A DNA stretch of 64,000 nt, from positions 64,001-128,000 of IMG/VR virus record IMGVR_UViG_2889049205_000001, one strand, 5' to 3'. This DNA is from a virus. Lineage: Duplodnaviria; Caudoviricetes. Of this stretch, positions 21,393-30,072 are shown in pieces; position 1 is the stretch's first letter; each line of letters begins with the position of its first letter. The notes under the pieces are model-generated. The model saw nothing but the letters and a program-made list of their open reading frames with translations. It was not told where the DNA came from and made no database searches. The translations under genes were made by a program, and so were the position numbers.

Positions 21393-21430
21393 CTCCCCCG
21401 TCTGCGACTATTGGCTTCATATCTTCATTA

Positions 21431-21460
21431 ATTATACATGAACGGTGTAGTGCATTACAC
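21431..21460 (-). promoter_or_regulatory. Extended -10 promoter of the portal/head operon overlapped by a palindromic operator
   Basis: TGTATAAT on the minus strand; GTGTAGTGCATTACAC at 21445-21460 covers the -35 position. Confidence 0.55.
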
Positions 21461-21466
21461 ACTCCG

Positions 21467-22738
21467 CTATATGGCGTAGCCTTGAGCCTTTAGATAATCC
21501 TGCGCCCATTCCTCGGTGACGACACTCACATCTTCCAAATCCTCAATTATTTTCAGGAATCTGCGTATTTCCTCTTTCTTTTGAATCAGGCCCATTTGAT
21601 CGTCATAAAAAACGGACTCTTGCTGATAAAATCGAAGGATATCTGCGTTTCCACTTTGGTATTTGTCGCCGGTCGTTTTCATCGAATCGACAAGCAAAGT
21701 GGCAAGCTTTTGGAAGGTATCGGTGCTATTCTCATTTTGGTTGTACAGCCAATCTTGAAGACCTTGGCCGGACTTCACTTTCAGCTGCTGATAGAACCAG
21801 AGCTGCTTCGAAACAAACTGCTCTTTCTGGTCATTAATGGACTGGTATTGTCCTTTTAGCTGTGTGTGCTTGGTCTTGAGATCCCGGAATGCCAGAATCA
21901 GGTGCGACTGAGCGCCGGAACGATCTGTCAGTGTTGAGATCTGCATGATCATGTCATGAGTGCCGTCTCCGAGCACCAGTTGCGGCTGTTCAATCAGCTG
22001 CTTGGCTTTCTCTGTCACCTGCATAAACATCAAGTACCGATTACGGTGGATATAAGAAGCGTCGGCAAGTGTCGTATGAAACTCTGATTTGTCTCGCTTC
22101 GCCGCATCCTGGCTGGCCAGCTCTTCCTCGAGGGCAGCAACTTGTCGCTGGATGTCGTTTTCATCAACAGATTCATCGTCGCCATGTTCCTGGTACAGCT
22201 GCTGGATCTTCTCCTCAATCTCAAGGAACTTGAGCTCCATCTGCGTCCATCCGGCGATCGAAGAGTGCTCTGCGTTCAGCAGATCTTCTACGTTTCGTTC
22301 ATCCGTGATCTGGTTACGGTAATGGGTGTCAATAAAGCTGCGCCGGCTATCGACGGACTTTTTCATGTGGAAGAGGATCGTATAGACCTCATAGTCCGGA
22401 GCCCCATGGTGGTCGCTGTATTTGTCTTCCCATGCTATTATTTTCGCACTGTCGCCGGCCGCCAGGTCGCCTTTGTACGCCTTGAAATCAGCTGTCGCCT
22501 GTCGCCCTTCGATAGTCTGCATAATAGCCTCAATTGCTTTAGACAATGCATCATAGTCTATCAAGCTTTGAGCGATCGTGAAATCCTTGGCTCGCTCGAT
22601 CTTGATAATCGTGTTCGGATTAACCATGGCGATGCGCTCTCGATCGGGCATAACAACCTGTGGTCGATACATGACCTGTTCCCGCTCATAGGGAGTATCA
22701 ATCCCAGTCTTTCCATACAGCTCATCCATCTCTTCCAT
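21467..22738 (-). CDS. Helical hypothetical protein between terminase and portal
   Basis: 423-aa ORF, RBS GAAAGGG, coiled-coil character. Confidence 0.6.
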   Translation of the reverse strand: MEEMDELYGKTGIDTPYEREQVMYRPQVVMPDRERIAMVNPNTIIKIERAKDFTIAQSLIDYDALSKAIEAIMQTIEGRQATADFKAYKGDLAAGDSAKIIAWEDKYSDHHGAPDYEVYTILFHMKKSVDSRRSFIDTHYRNQITDERNVEDLLNAEHSSIAGWTQMELKFLEIEEKIQQLYQEHGDDESVDENDIQRQVAALEEELASQDAAKRDKSEFHTTLADASYIHRNRYLMFMQVTEKAKQLIEQPQLVLGDGTHDMIMQISTLTDRSGAQSHLILAFRDLKTKHTQLKGQYQSINDQKEQFVSKQLWFYQQLKVKSGQGLQDWLYNQNENSTDTFQKLATLLVDSMKTTGDKYQSGNADILRFYQQESVFYDDQMGLIQKKEEIRRFLKIIEDLEDVSVVTEEWAQDYLKAQGYAI

Positions 22739-22910
22739 GCGATCAGCCCTTTCGGTGAAATAAATATGTAAAGCGCCGGATTGCTCCGGCGCCCCAGGGA
22801 AAGAGATGAGCCTAGCCAAAAAAGGGGACAGGGGATAATGTGGCCTTTCCACCTCTCAGGGGGATGCTAAGAGGGACGACGCATTATTTCAGGCACTCCC
22901 AGATTCACAG

Positions 22911-24689
22911 TTAGAACCTGGCCCTTTTTGATGGCTTTGCTGCAGTAGACCCTCGACCCCACGGATTCGACGCTCCTGACTTGGAGTATCCAAGCGGAAC
23001 GCTATTCCAGTGCCAGGCCGGATTGTCTTTTGCTTCTCTTTCAGCTCTTTTGATAGGAATGTAGACGTCACGGTTGCCGCCAAAGACTTTCTCCGTTAAC
23101 TTCTTTTCCTGATTATGTTTTACGGGTAATGCCTTACGTGTTACCCTGATTTCTTCAAGGATCTTTGTGATATCTGGAAACTCGAGCGTAAAGCCCATGA
23201 TCGTCAGCATGAAGGCATCGAGCGCATGCTCATTTTCGCTGGTATAAACCGGCTTACCATTCTGAGAGATCCGAATGACCTGATAATCCATCATTTGCTT
23301 CCAGATCATGTCGTCAAAAGGTGAAAGAATGATCTGATCCCGATCCAAGAGAATCGAAGTTTGGTTGATCATGAAGTTCTTTGCGTCTTTCTTTTCGACT
23401 TCACGAGTACCAGGATCTCGAATCTCAATGGCTTGCGAGAAATGGACCCTCTTGACCTTTTTAAGCAGCCCGGATTCCGGGTGATCAAGTCCGTACTTAT
23501 GAAGCATCTCGATTTGATACTCACCATGACCCGCATCGATATACCAGAATTTCGGGTCAAAGATTTCATTCAGTTCAATAATCTTCTGAACAGCGTTGTC
23601 GTAGGTAAAATCGCCTCGAGGAATCTCTACCCGGATGGTCGGACGGAACTTTTTGTGCAGCTCGTCGAACTCGGAAATCACGATTTGCGTGGCATTTGCG
23701 TATTTATCCCAGTCCACTCCGCCAACTCGAATCGCTTTCGGAGCGGGTCTAGTTTTAGTATACGGTCCGAAGTAAACGATGTCATTCACGGCCATGCCCT
23801 GCTTCTCGTACTGCGACCGCTCCCAGAGGTTCAGATCACGATATGAATATAGATATTGCGATTTTGCTCGCTCAACTGCCGATTTGCTGAATACTCCGAC
23901 CGTTTCTTCTCCAAAGTCCGCCATTACCTCGTGAATATACGCCTGCTCCGTCATCGTTGCACGAAGCTCGCCCTCTAATTGCTCATCCCAATCTGGGTTA
24001 ACCATGGATGGGAAGTGGTACGAATTGTAGCCGGTATGAGGGTTCGTACAGACCTCATAGAAGAAGTCACGTTTTCCTGTTGGCGTAGAAGAACACCAGA
24101 TGCCGATCCGCTTCGGATCCTCGACGGCAATGGCTGTGGTGGCGTCGATGCCGCCACGGTCCATATAATCGATCTCATCCATGAAGATCCAGTCGGCCCG
24201 TTGTCCACGGATGGATGCACCGGCATTACCCTGGGTGGCGCCGACGGTAAAACCCATGATTGACGAGCCGTTACCAAATTGAATGATGAACGGATTCTTG
24301 GTATTGGATGTTACGGCGTCTGCCAGCTCCTCGCAGCCGTTAATCATCTCATTGATCCGCATGAAAATGAGACGAATCTGGTTCTCATATGGCGCAGCGA
24401 TGACAAGCCTCGCATTCTTATGATGAAAGGCATACCATAAACAGAATATTACCATTGTCTCTGTTTTTCCTACCCGTCGTCCCATCCGAACTGCTAGGCG
24501 GCGTGCGCCTTTCATAATGTCTCGGATGAGTCTTCGCTGGTACCAACGGGCTTTCCATGGATTACCCTTTGGATCTTTCAGCTTCCAGAGCGCCCATTTG
24601 ATGGGATCAGAGCGGAGATTCCGCTCCATTTCGTCCATATGTTCATCTGAAATCGGTTCTGCATATACTTCGGCTTCTGCGGCTGACAT
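22911..24689 (-). CDS. terL: Terminase large subunit
   Basis: Walker A GRRVGKT, Walker B IFMDE, SSTPTG; nuclease motifs GVDW, YIDAG, EHALDA. Confidence 0.93.
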   Translation of the reverse strand: MSAAEAEVYAEPISDEHMDEMERNLRSDPIKWALWKLKDPKGNPWKARWYQRRLIRDIMKGARRLAVRMGRRVGKTETMVIFCLWYAFHHKNARLVIAAPYENQIRLIFMRINEMINGCEELADAVTSNTKNPFIIQFGNGSSIMGFTVGATQGNAGASIRGQRADWIFMDEIDYMDRGGIDATTAIAVEDPKRIGIWCSSTPTGKRDFFYEVCTNPHTGYNSYHFPSMVNPDWDEQLEGELRATMTEQAYIHEVMADFGEETVGVFSKSAVERAKSQYLYSYRDLNLWERSQYEKQGMAVNDIVYFGPYTKTRPAPKAIRVGGVDWDKYANATQIVISEFDELHKKFRPTIRVEIPRGDFTYDNAVQKIIELNEIFDPKFWYIDAGHGEYQIEMLHKYGLDHPESGLLKKVKRVHFSQAIEIRDPGTREVEKKDAKNFMINQTSILLDRDQIILSPFDDMIWKQMMDYQVIRISQNGKPVYTSENEHALDAFMLTIMGFTLEFPDITKILEEIRVTRKALPVKHNQEKKLTEKVFGGNRDVYIPIKRAEREAKDNPAWHWNSVPLGYSKSGASNPWGRGSTAAKPSKRARF

Positions 24690-24693
24690 TGGC

Positions 24694-25098
24694 TCACCTA
24701 CTCTGATCTTGAATGAATCCAGCGAGAAGGCCAAATCCAATAGCAGATCCATAGTTCACTATTCGTCCGATGGGTGTCTTCACCCCATGATCGGGAATCT
24801 TCGACAGCGCCCGCCGGACTCGATTTTCTTCGCTCATTCCTCTGGCCAGGAAGTGATCCCCGAAACTGCCCTTATTATATAGGAGCTCGTCACGAACGAA
24901 TTTACTGGCCCGATTATCCGCATTAAACAACTGCTTCCCAAAAGCTTGTCCAGTCCCGGCAACCGTGAGCGCAGCCTCTTGAGCTGCGCCCTGGACCATA
25001 CCGAAACCGACCGCCTTCATGGCCCTGCCCCATTGATACTGGAACTCAGACTCATCTGTTTTCTGGTACGGCTGGTTGCTGTGCATCATGTCGATCAC
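24694..25098 (-). CDS. Gly/Ala-rich hypothetical protein
   Basis: Coupled ORF with a hydrophobic C-terminal helix. Confidence 0.55.
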   Translation of the reverse strand: MIDMMHSNQPYQKTDESEFQYQWGRAMKAVGFGMVQGAAQEAALTVAGTGQAFGKQLFNADNRASKFVRDELLYNKGSFGDHFLARGMSEENRVRRALSKIPDHGVKTPIGRIVNYGSAIGFGLLAGFIQDQSR

Positions 25099-25544
25099 CC
25101 CTTATTGAGGCTGTCGATACCTGCTCCAACAAGACCCATACCTAAGATGCCCGCCGCATATCGCACTGCAGCACCTTTTCCGGAACCGAAATGCTTGCCG
25201 TAGAACGATTTTCTTGTCGCTTCAGTTGGCGGAACATAACTCGTACCCCGAGGCATGTCGTTGTATGGCCCACCTGGACCGAGCGCAAGCGGAGCTGCAG
25301 CGCCATTGCCGAGGTAGCCTGCGCCATTTGCGTAATTGCTCGCTTGCATGTTCATCCGGCGAACAGCTGCTGGAGCGGATGCTGCGGCTCCAGGCGAACG
25401 ATCACGAGCCGCCTCAAGACCACGCTGATGGGCTCGTTTCGAGAAATAGTGTGCTGCCCCGATGCCGCCGGCGCCCGCCGCTGCACCTACCGCTGCACCG
25501 TTCCATACACTATCATTCGTCACTCGCTGATAGGGTTGATTCAT
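25095..25544 (-). CDS. Gly/Ala-rich hypothetical protein
   Basis: RBS AAGGAGG; Gly-zipper-like ends. Confidence 0.55.
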   Translation of the reverse strand: MNQPYQRVTNDSVWNGAAVGAAAGAGGIGAAHYFSKRAHQRGLEAARDRSPGAAASAPAAVRRMNMQASNYANGAGYLGNGAAAPLALGPGGPYNDMPRGTSYVPPTEATRKSFYGKHFGSGKGAAVRYAAGILGMGLVGAGIDSLNKG

Positions 25545-25559
25545 CGTGTTCTCCTCCTT

Positions 25560-26024
25560 CTAGTAGAGCTTTCTTGCCCCACGGGCATGGTTGGCCATGA
25601 CGCCTGCTGCAGTTTGTCGAGCATTCATCATACTGTTCATCCCCTGGGTCTTCATCCATTGCTGCGTTTCATTTTCAGTGAAGCCGCCGCCGAACATCTG
25701 CGACTTGGCACCAAGCCCGGACGCTGCCTGGTCTACTGCATCCATAACAGCTGGAGCTGCTTGCAAAGCGGCCATCCCGAGCATGGCTCCCCATCCACCT
25801 GGCATCATCGCCCAGAAAGCATTCGTCGCTACTGCCTTTGCGGCAGCCGGCAGAACACTTTCGCCGTCCTTCACCCTGCTGTAGAAATCAAAGCCAGTGA
25901 AGCCGTAACTCATGAGACCTCCGCCAACCTTGCCGGCCCACTTTCCTTTTGCCGCCTGAACCGGTGCCTCAGCGGACCGTGATCCAGCCGATTGGGCCGC
26001 CCCGTATGGAACGCCTTGCTGCAT
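25560..26024 (-). CDS. Gly/Ala/Met-rich hypothetical protein
   Basis: RBS GGAGGTG; amphipathic helices. Confidence 0.55.
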   Translation of the reverse strand: MQQGVPYGAAQSAGSRSAEAPVQAAKGKWAGKVGGGLMSYGFTGFDFYSRVKDGESVLPAAAKAVATNAFWAMMPGGWGAMLGMAALQAAPAVMDAVDQAASGLGAKSQMFGGGFTENETQQWMKTQGMNSMMNARQTAAGVMANHARGARKLY

Positions 26025-26026
26025 GA

Positions 26027-26359
26027 TTACGCACCTCCGTTCCGGAGATTATGAAGCGCAAATACGAGATCGCCTGTTGCGCCAAGCGCCGGATCGCCGC
26101 CGTTTCGAGCCGTGTACCCCTTGCCGTCTGCTTGTGTGGACTGCAGCGACTGGATGCCCCGGTTGTCATTGGCGTAAATTGTAGCCAAATCATGATGATA
26201 CTCATTGGCTGACGACACGGTATGATAGGCGGTCATGGCGCCAAGGACGCCCCATCCAGCTAACTTCCCGGTCTTTCCAAGCTCATAGCCGCTATACAGG
26301 TTGTCCAAGCCTCGACGGCCTGTCTTGTTGATCCAGTCTCCTCTGAATCGCACTGCCAT
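26027..26359 (-). CDS. Gly-rich hypothetical protein with one hydrophobic segment
   Basis: RBS GGAGAG; GATGDLVFALHN C-terminus. Confidence 0.55.
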   Translation of the reverse strand: MAVRFRGDWINKTGRRGLDNLYSGYELGKTGKLAGWGVLGAMTAYHTVSSANEYHHDLATIYANDNRGIQSLQSTQADGKGYTARNGGDPALGATGDLVFALHNLRNGGA

Positions 26360-26363
26360 GAGA

Positions 26364-27101
26364 TCACTCTCCTTCTTCGAAACCGATCGGCTGCGCCTCA
26401 ATTACGGTGGCAGATCCATTCATGCGGGCGTAGTAGGCTTTTTCGGCTTCGTCTTCCTGCTCCTCTAAAAAGGTCACGTCCGTCTTGAGCTTGAGCATCT
26501 CTGCCGCTCGTTGGGACGGATCCACCTCGACAGTAATCTTGGTGCCCTCTTTATCTTTACGTGTCGAGTTCATCAACTGCATGGTCTTGAACAGACTTTG
26601 GCGCAGCTTCTCTTTGTACTCGACAACCGGGTGCAGCTCGGACTTGGTGATTGGCTCGGAGTCTTCCGTCATACCGATCGTATTCTGAATAATAAAGTCG
26701 GCGTCGATCGCCATTTTATTGTCGCAACGGAGCATCGTAACGCCGATATCGACGAGCTCTCGAATCATAATTAAATCCACTGTGCTGCGTGGGTCTTCCG
26801 GCTTTATCTTAAAGTGCTCACAATATCGGTCATAGAGATCCTCAATCGCCGCAATCTCAATCGGACATTTCTCTTCTACCGGCGCCATATCTGCTTTGTA
26901 CAGGAAGCAATTCTCCCGGTATGGGCAAGCCTGCCCCTTGCAGATGATCGGAACGCTGGCATAAAGGCCGTGCTTCGTGTTTCGCATACGTTTCGCCACA
27001 TCAATGGCTGCCACGGCATCCGGATTAAGTGTCCATGCGGTTGGATTCAGGTTCTGGGATACAGTAAGCTTCCCAGCTTCGGTTTTTGGTCCTGTACTCA
27101 T
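26364..27101 (-). CDS. Putative terminase small subunit
   Basis: TGPKTEAGK..SQN and N.KHGLYA motifs typical of TerS N-termini; Cys cluster; upstream of terL. Confidence 0.6.
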   Translation of the reverse strand: MSTGPKTEAGKLTVSQNLNPTAWTLNPDAVAAIDVAKRMRNTKHGLYASVPIICKGQACPYRENCFLYKADMAPVEEKCPIEIAAIEDLYDRYCEHFKIKPEDPRSTVDLIMIRELVDIGVTMLRCDNKMAIDADFIIQNTIGMTEDSEPITKSELHPVVEYKEKLRQSLFKTMQLMNSTRKDKEGTKITVEVDPSQRAAEMLKLKTDVTFLEEQEDEAEKAYYARMNGSATVIEAQPIGFEEGE

Positions 27102-27249
27102 CCCTGCACATCCCTCTGAAAATAAAATAGAGGCCGGCGCCCTCACCCCCTATTATCCCAATCGGTGTTAGTTAGGGCGGCGCCTAGACCCCTGCTTCTT
27201 AATTTTACACCCTAGCCATAGAGCAACTAAAACCCGCTCCTGGCGCAAC

Positions 27250-27281
27250 AAAAAAAGCAGCTCCCGGTATTGGGAGCTGCT
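27250..27281 (-). terminator. Terminator of the parMR operon
   Basis: AGCAGCTCCC/GGGAGCTGCT stem followed by T7 on the minus strand. Confidence 0.8.
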
Positions 27282-27288
27282 CGTTGGT

Positions 27289-27447
27289 TCATTCAGATGG
27301 TTTGTTGTTTTCCTGCTTATTCTTCTCGATTTCTATCGCAAGCTTGAGCAGGCGGCGTACTTCGTGTGATTGGTCGCCTTTAGGGATCTCGTCGAAGTGA
27401 TCCTTTATGGCTGTATCCACGTCCCTTATTCTCGCTTGTAAGAGCAT
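27289..27447 (-). CDS. ParR-like ribbon-helix-helix adaptor (52 aa, not in the ORF track)
   Basis: MLLQARIRDVDTAIKDHFDEIPKGDQSHEVRRLLKLAIE fits the RHH pattern; directly after parM (alternative GTG at 27456 overlaps the stop). Confidence 0.7.
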   Translation of the reverse strand: MLLQARIRDVDTAIKDHFDEIPKGDQSHEVRRLLKLAIEIEKNKQENNKPSE

Positions 27448-27452
27448 ATTGG

Positions 27453-28664
27453 TCACACTGCCTCTTCAAGCATTTGGAGGAATGGCACTACGTATTCCTC
27501 GAAGATTTCATCTTGCGGCATGCCCTTTTGAACCAGGTTCAGGACCGCCATTTCATAGAATCCGATAACGTTGCTGTATTGAGCCATTTCGGCTTTGAAC
27601 AGACCACCAACGTTTTTCGACTTGAATGCCAAGACGAGAGAATCGAAGAAGATATCGGCGCCGCCACCGGTGATCAGGATACCCTGCAGACGCTGAATCT
27701 CACTGCCCCATGCTCGGGTTACTTCGTCCACGATCAGTTCAGCAACCTCTTCCACGGATTCTGTGATTTCTGGCGTCACGTCGTGAGTTTCTCCAGCGTA
27801 CCACAGCGACTTCGTGCGGATCATTACGTCAAGATCCGTATCAGTTGCCTTGTACTCGTAGCCTTCTGCAGCGAACTTAATCGCAAGTTTCGTGCGCAGC
27901 TTGTCGTACACAAGGTTCGTCGCTTCAGTGGAGATTGAAGTGCCTTCTTCTTCACGGATGAATCCATCTTCGAAGAGTGCGGCATCCGTTGTGCCTTGGC
28001 CGATGTCAATGACGCCATGATATTTTGGTGCTTTGCCGGCAGGCAGCAGCAACGTTTTTTCTTCCCTATAGTTAGGATTGAATCTGTAGGTATGATCGAG
28101 AACCGTTCCTTCCGGCTGGCGGATGATATCGACATCGATTACGTTGATTTTCTTGATTACAGTTTTTCCATGGCCCAAGTTGAATGTGATCTCAAAGGAT
28201 TGCTTCAAGTATTCGACCAGCTTGTCCGCATAAATTTTACCGTAATCTTCATTCGGTACGCCTGTCTCCAGGATAACGTCGTACTCGCCTTCTTCATCTG
28301 GAACACCAAGGGCGATCGCTGTGCGGAACAAGACTTGGCTGTCTGTATCTGTTGCACGATCACGAGCCTCTGTACGGTTCGATGTGCGTCCGCCGGTTTT
28401 CGTGCGGGCCTGGTCGCCAACCATATGTGTTTTTCCGTCGATCGTTACAACCAGCTTCTGACGGTTGATTTCATCAAAATTGAACAATTTCGTGCTCGGC
28501 TGTCCGGAAACCACGATGCTTGGAAACACGTACTGAATCCCTGCACTGGAAAGGAGCTTGCCCCATCCGAAACCCATGTCAAGTGCGATTAGAATTGGAC
28601 GTTTCGTCTTTGCCAATGGAATACCGGACTTCGGTGCTGCCTTGGATGAACTTGCTGCTGGCAT
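27453..28664 (-). CDS. parM: ParM/StbA/Alp actin-like partition ATPase
   Basis: LDMGFG.GK, QPEG, IDIGQGTTD and ITGGGA actin motifs. Confidence 0.9.
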   Translation of the reverse strand: MPAASSSKAAPKSGIPLAKTKRPILIALDMGFGWGKLLSSAGIQYVFPSIVVSGQPSTKLFNFDEINRQKLVVTIDGKTHMVGDQARTKTGGRTSNRTEARDRATDTDSQVLFRTAIALGVPDEEGEYDVILETGVPNEDYGKIYADKLVEYLKQSFEITFNLGHGKTVIKKINVIDVDIIRQPEGTVLDHTYRFNPNYREEKTLLLPAGKAPKYHGVIDIGQGTTDAALFEDGFIREEEGTSISTEATNLVYDKLRTKLAIKFAAEGYEYKATDTDLDVMIRTKSLWYAGETHDVTPEITESVEEVAELIVDEVTRAWGSEIQRLQGILITGGGADIFFDSLVLAFKSKNVGGLFKAEMAQYSNVIGFYEMAVLNLVQKGMPQDEIFEEYVVPFLQMLEEAV

Positions 28665-28685
28665 ATGTATGTTCCACCTTTCATT

Positions 28686-28754
28686 TTGTCATACGATGTA
28701 TGAACATGTATGAATCTGTATGACAATAATAGCATGTCCAAAATGCAGATGCAA
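28686..28754 (-). promoter_or_regulatory. parM promoter and parC-like repeats
   Basis: TTGCAT-17-TATTAT with TG extension; immediately downstream three TGTATGA units at 10-bp period plus one inverted copy. Confidence 0.65.
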
Positions 28755-28800
28755 GAACAATTTTCCATTAGAATTCGTCAGTATTTTTCGCTAAAAAACG

Positions 28801-28956
28801 CAAAAACAGCGGGTGTGCCGCCCGCTGTTAGTGCATTCCGTATTCAATGTGATCAGGAGGTGCTCCATGAACAAAGATCGATCAGTGACTATTAACAGTG
28901 TAATGCATTACACCATTAAAATCAAGATTTAATTTGTCCATCATGCGAACCTTTGT
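28801..28956 (-). ncRNA. Putative SOS-inducible small RNA (or 20-aa peptide 28882..28944)
   Basis: Promoter TTTACA-17-TAAAAT upstream; terminator AACAGCGGG/CCCGCTGTT plus T run at about 28801-28830. Confidence 0.5.
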
Positions 28957-28991
28957 TCCTATATTTTATAGGAGAACACATGTTCTGTAAA
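28946..28991 (-). promoter_or_regulatory. Two LexA (Cheo) boxes over a sigmaA promoter
   Basis: CGAACCTTTGTTCC at 28946-28959 and AGAACACATGTTCT at 28973-28986 match GAAC-N4-GTTC. Confidence 0.75.
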
Positions 28992-29077
28992 TAGGCCATA
29001 ATAAAATAAAAAATCCCCGATTATCTCGGAGATTGGTTATTGGAGGCGGCGATCGATACGACCTCCGCCGGACGCCC

Positions 29078-29314
29078 TTATTCAGCTGCTACGAAGACCT
29101 TTTCTACCTGGCCGTAAACGAACCCCGGTTGCTCTACGTTGTGCTCGATAAATGCTTTCGCATCGTCGTAGGTTTCAACAGGATCACTTTCGATCTTGTC
29201 GATGGCGAAAAAGCTTCCGTCTTTTGCTTCAGCGGGATGCATCTGCTCAAGGATTTCTGCAGGAATCTCGGATTTGACGCTTACCACGCCGATAAATTTT
29301 TCAATCAATGGCAT
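29078..29314 (-). CDS. Hypothetical protein after the tRNA cluster
   Basis: RBS GAGGTG; 78 aa; the longer ORF call overlaps tRNA-Pro. Confidence 0.55.
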   Translation of the reverse strand: MPLIEKFIGVVSVKSEIPAEILEQMHPAEAKDGSFFAIDKIESDPVETYDDAKAFIEHNVEQPGFVYGQVEKVFVAAE

Positions 29315-29349
29315 ATTGTTCACCTCATCCTTGGCAATGTAAATGGTTA

Positions 29350-29426
<77 letters not shown>

Positions 29427-29430
29427 ATAC

Positions 29431-29506
29431 GGGCAGCGTGATCGGACTCGAACCGCACAACAATCCCCTTCCACAGGAGATGCTTTTCCGTTAAGCTAAC
29501 GCTGCA
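29431..29506 (-). pseudogene. Degenerate tRNA-like element (His/Pro ambiguous)
   Basis: Acceptor stem GCAGCGT/ACGCTGC and GGTTCGAGTCC T-arm present; irregular anticodon loop, no CCA. Confidence 0.55.
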
Positions 29507-29508
29507 TA

Positions 29509-29584
29509 TGGCTGACCGACCAGGGTTCGAACCTGGGACCCACGGATTAACAGTCCGTTGCTCTACCTGCTGAGCTATCGATCA
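29509..29584 (-). tRNA. tRNA-Asn(GTT)
   Basis: Anticodon arm ACGGA-CTGTTAA-TCCGT, encoded CCA. Confidence 0.93.
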
Positions 29585-29588
29585 AAAT

Positions 29589-29662
29589 TGGCACCGGCTG
29601 AAGGATTCGAACCAACGCTGACGGTTTTGGAGACCGCTGTTCTACCATTGAACTAAGCCGAT
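29589..29662 (-). tRNA. tRNA-Trp(CCA)
   Basis: Anticodon arm GCGGT-CTCCAAA-ACCGT, encoded CCA. Confidence 0.92.
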
Positions 29663-29666
29663 ATGT

Positions 29667-29743
29667 TGGTTGCAGAGGAGGGATTCGAACCCCCGACCTT
29701 CTGGGCATGAGCCAGACGAGCTACCATGCTGCTCTACTCCGCT
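29667..29743 (-). tRNA. tRNA-Met(CAT), initiator-like
   Basis: Anticodon arm TCTGG-CTCATGC-CCAGA; 1:72 mismatch; encoded CCA. Confidence 0.88.
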
Positions 29744-29863
29744 ATAATAAGGAGGTGCCCTCGCCCCGTTCAATAACGATCGAACCAATGTCCGGTCGCC
29801 TAACGAGGCGAGAACAACAAATGCCAGTACCTTCCGCAAGGAGGAACATGACTCGCCGAAATC

Positions 29864-29892
29864 AATATACCATATTGCGTAACGCATTACAA
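29864..29892 (-). promoter_or_regulatory. tRNA cluster promoter with operator over the -35
   Basis: TTGTAA-17-TATATT with TG; GCGTAACGCATTACAA at 29877-29892. Confidence 0.6.
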
Positions 29893-29913
29893 CACTATGT
29901 TTTTTTTCTTGAA

Positions 29914-30072
29914 CTAACCAGCGAATGCTTCTTGTCTTTCATATTCTTGAAGCTCTTCTTCTCGGATTGCCGGTACGATTGCTTCCGGACGATTCAACAG
30001 AAGCATGAGAATAAAGTAAACGAGCCAGTGGCTGACGCCTGTCTTAACCAGTCGCCTGGTAATTGCTTTCAT
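29914..30072 (-). CDS. Small membrane protein (52 aa)
   Basis: MKAITRRLVKTGVSHWLVYFILMLLL..; purine-rich RBS. Confidence 0.45.
   Translation of the reverse strand: MKAITRRLVKTGVSHWLVYFILMLLLNRPEAIVPAIREEELQEYERQEAFAG

Noticed and set aside
28861-28869. GCTCCAT as an sRNA seed against the ATGGAGC starts of tagged genes
   Set aside because: Only 7 nt, and on the strand opposite the LexA-controlled promoter; compatible with chance.
28898-28913. Operator palindrome as a CcpA cre or TnrA/GlnR site
   Set aside because: cre needs a central CG (here GC/GT) and TnrA/GlnR have longer spacing.
29041-29077. tmRNA 3' end or HDV-like ribozyme after the tRNA operon
   Set aside because: Only a CGCCTCCA resemblance; no T-loop, matching 5' end or HDV topology.
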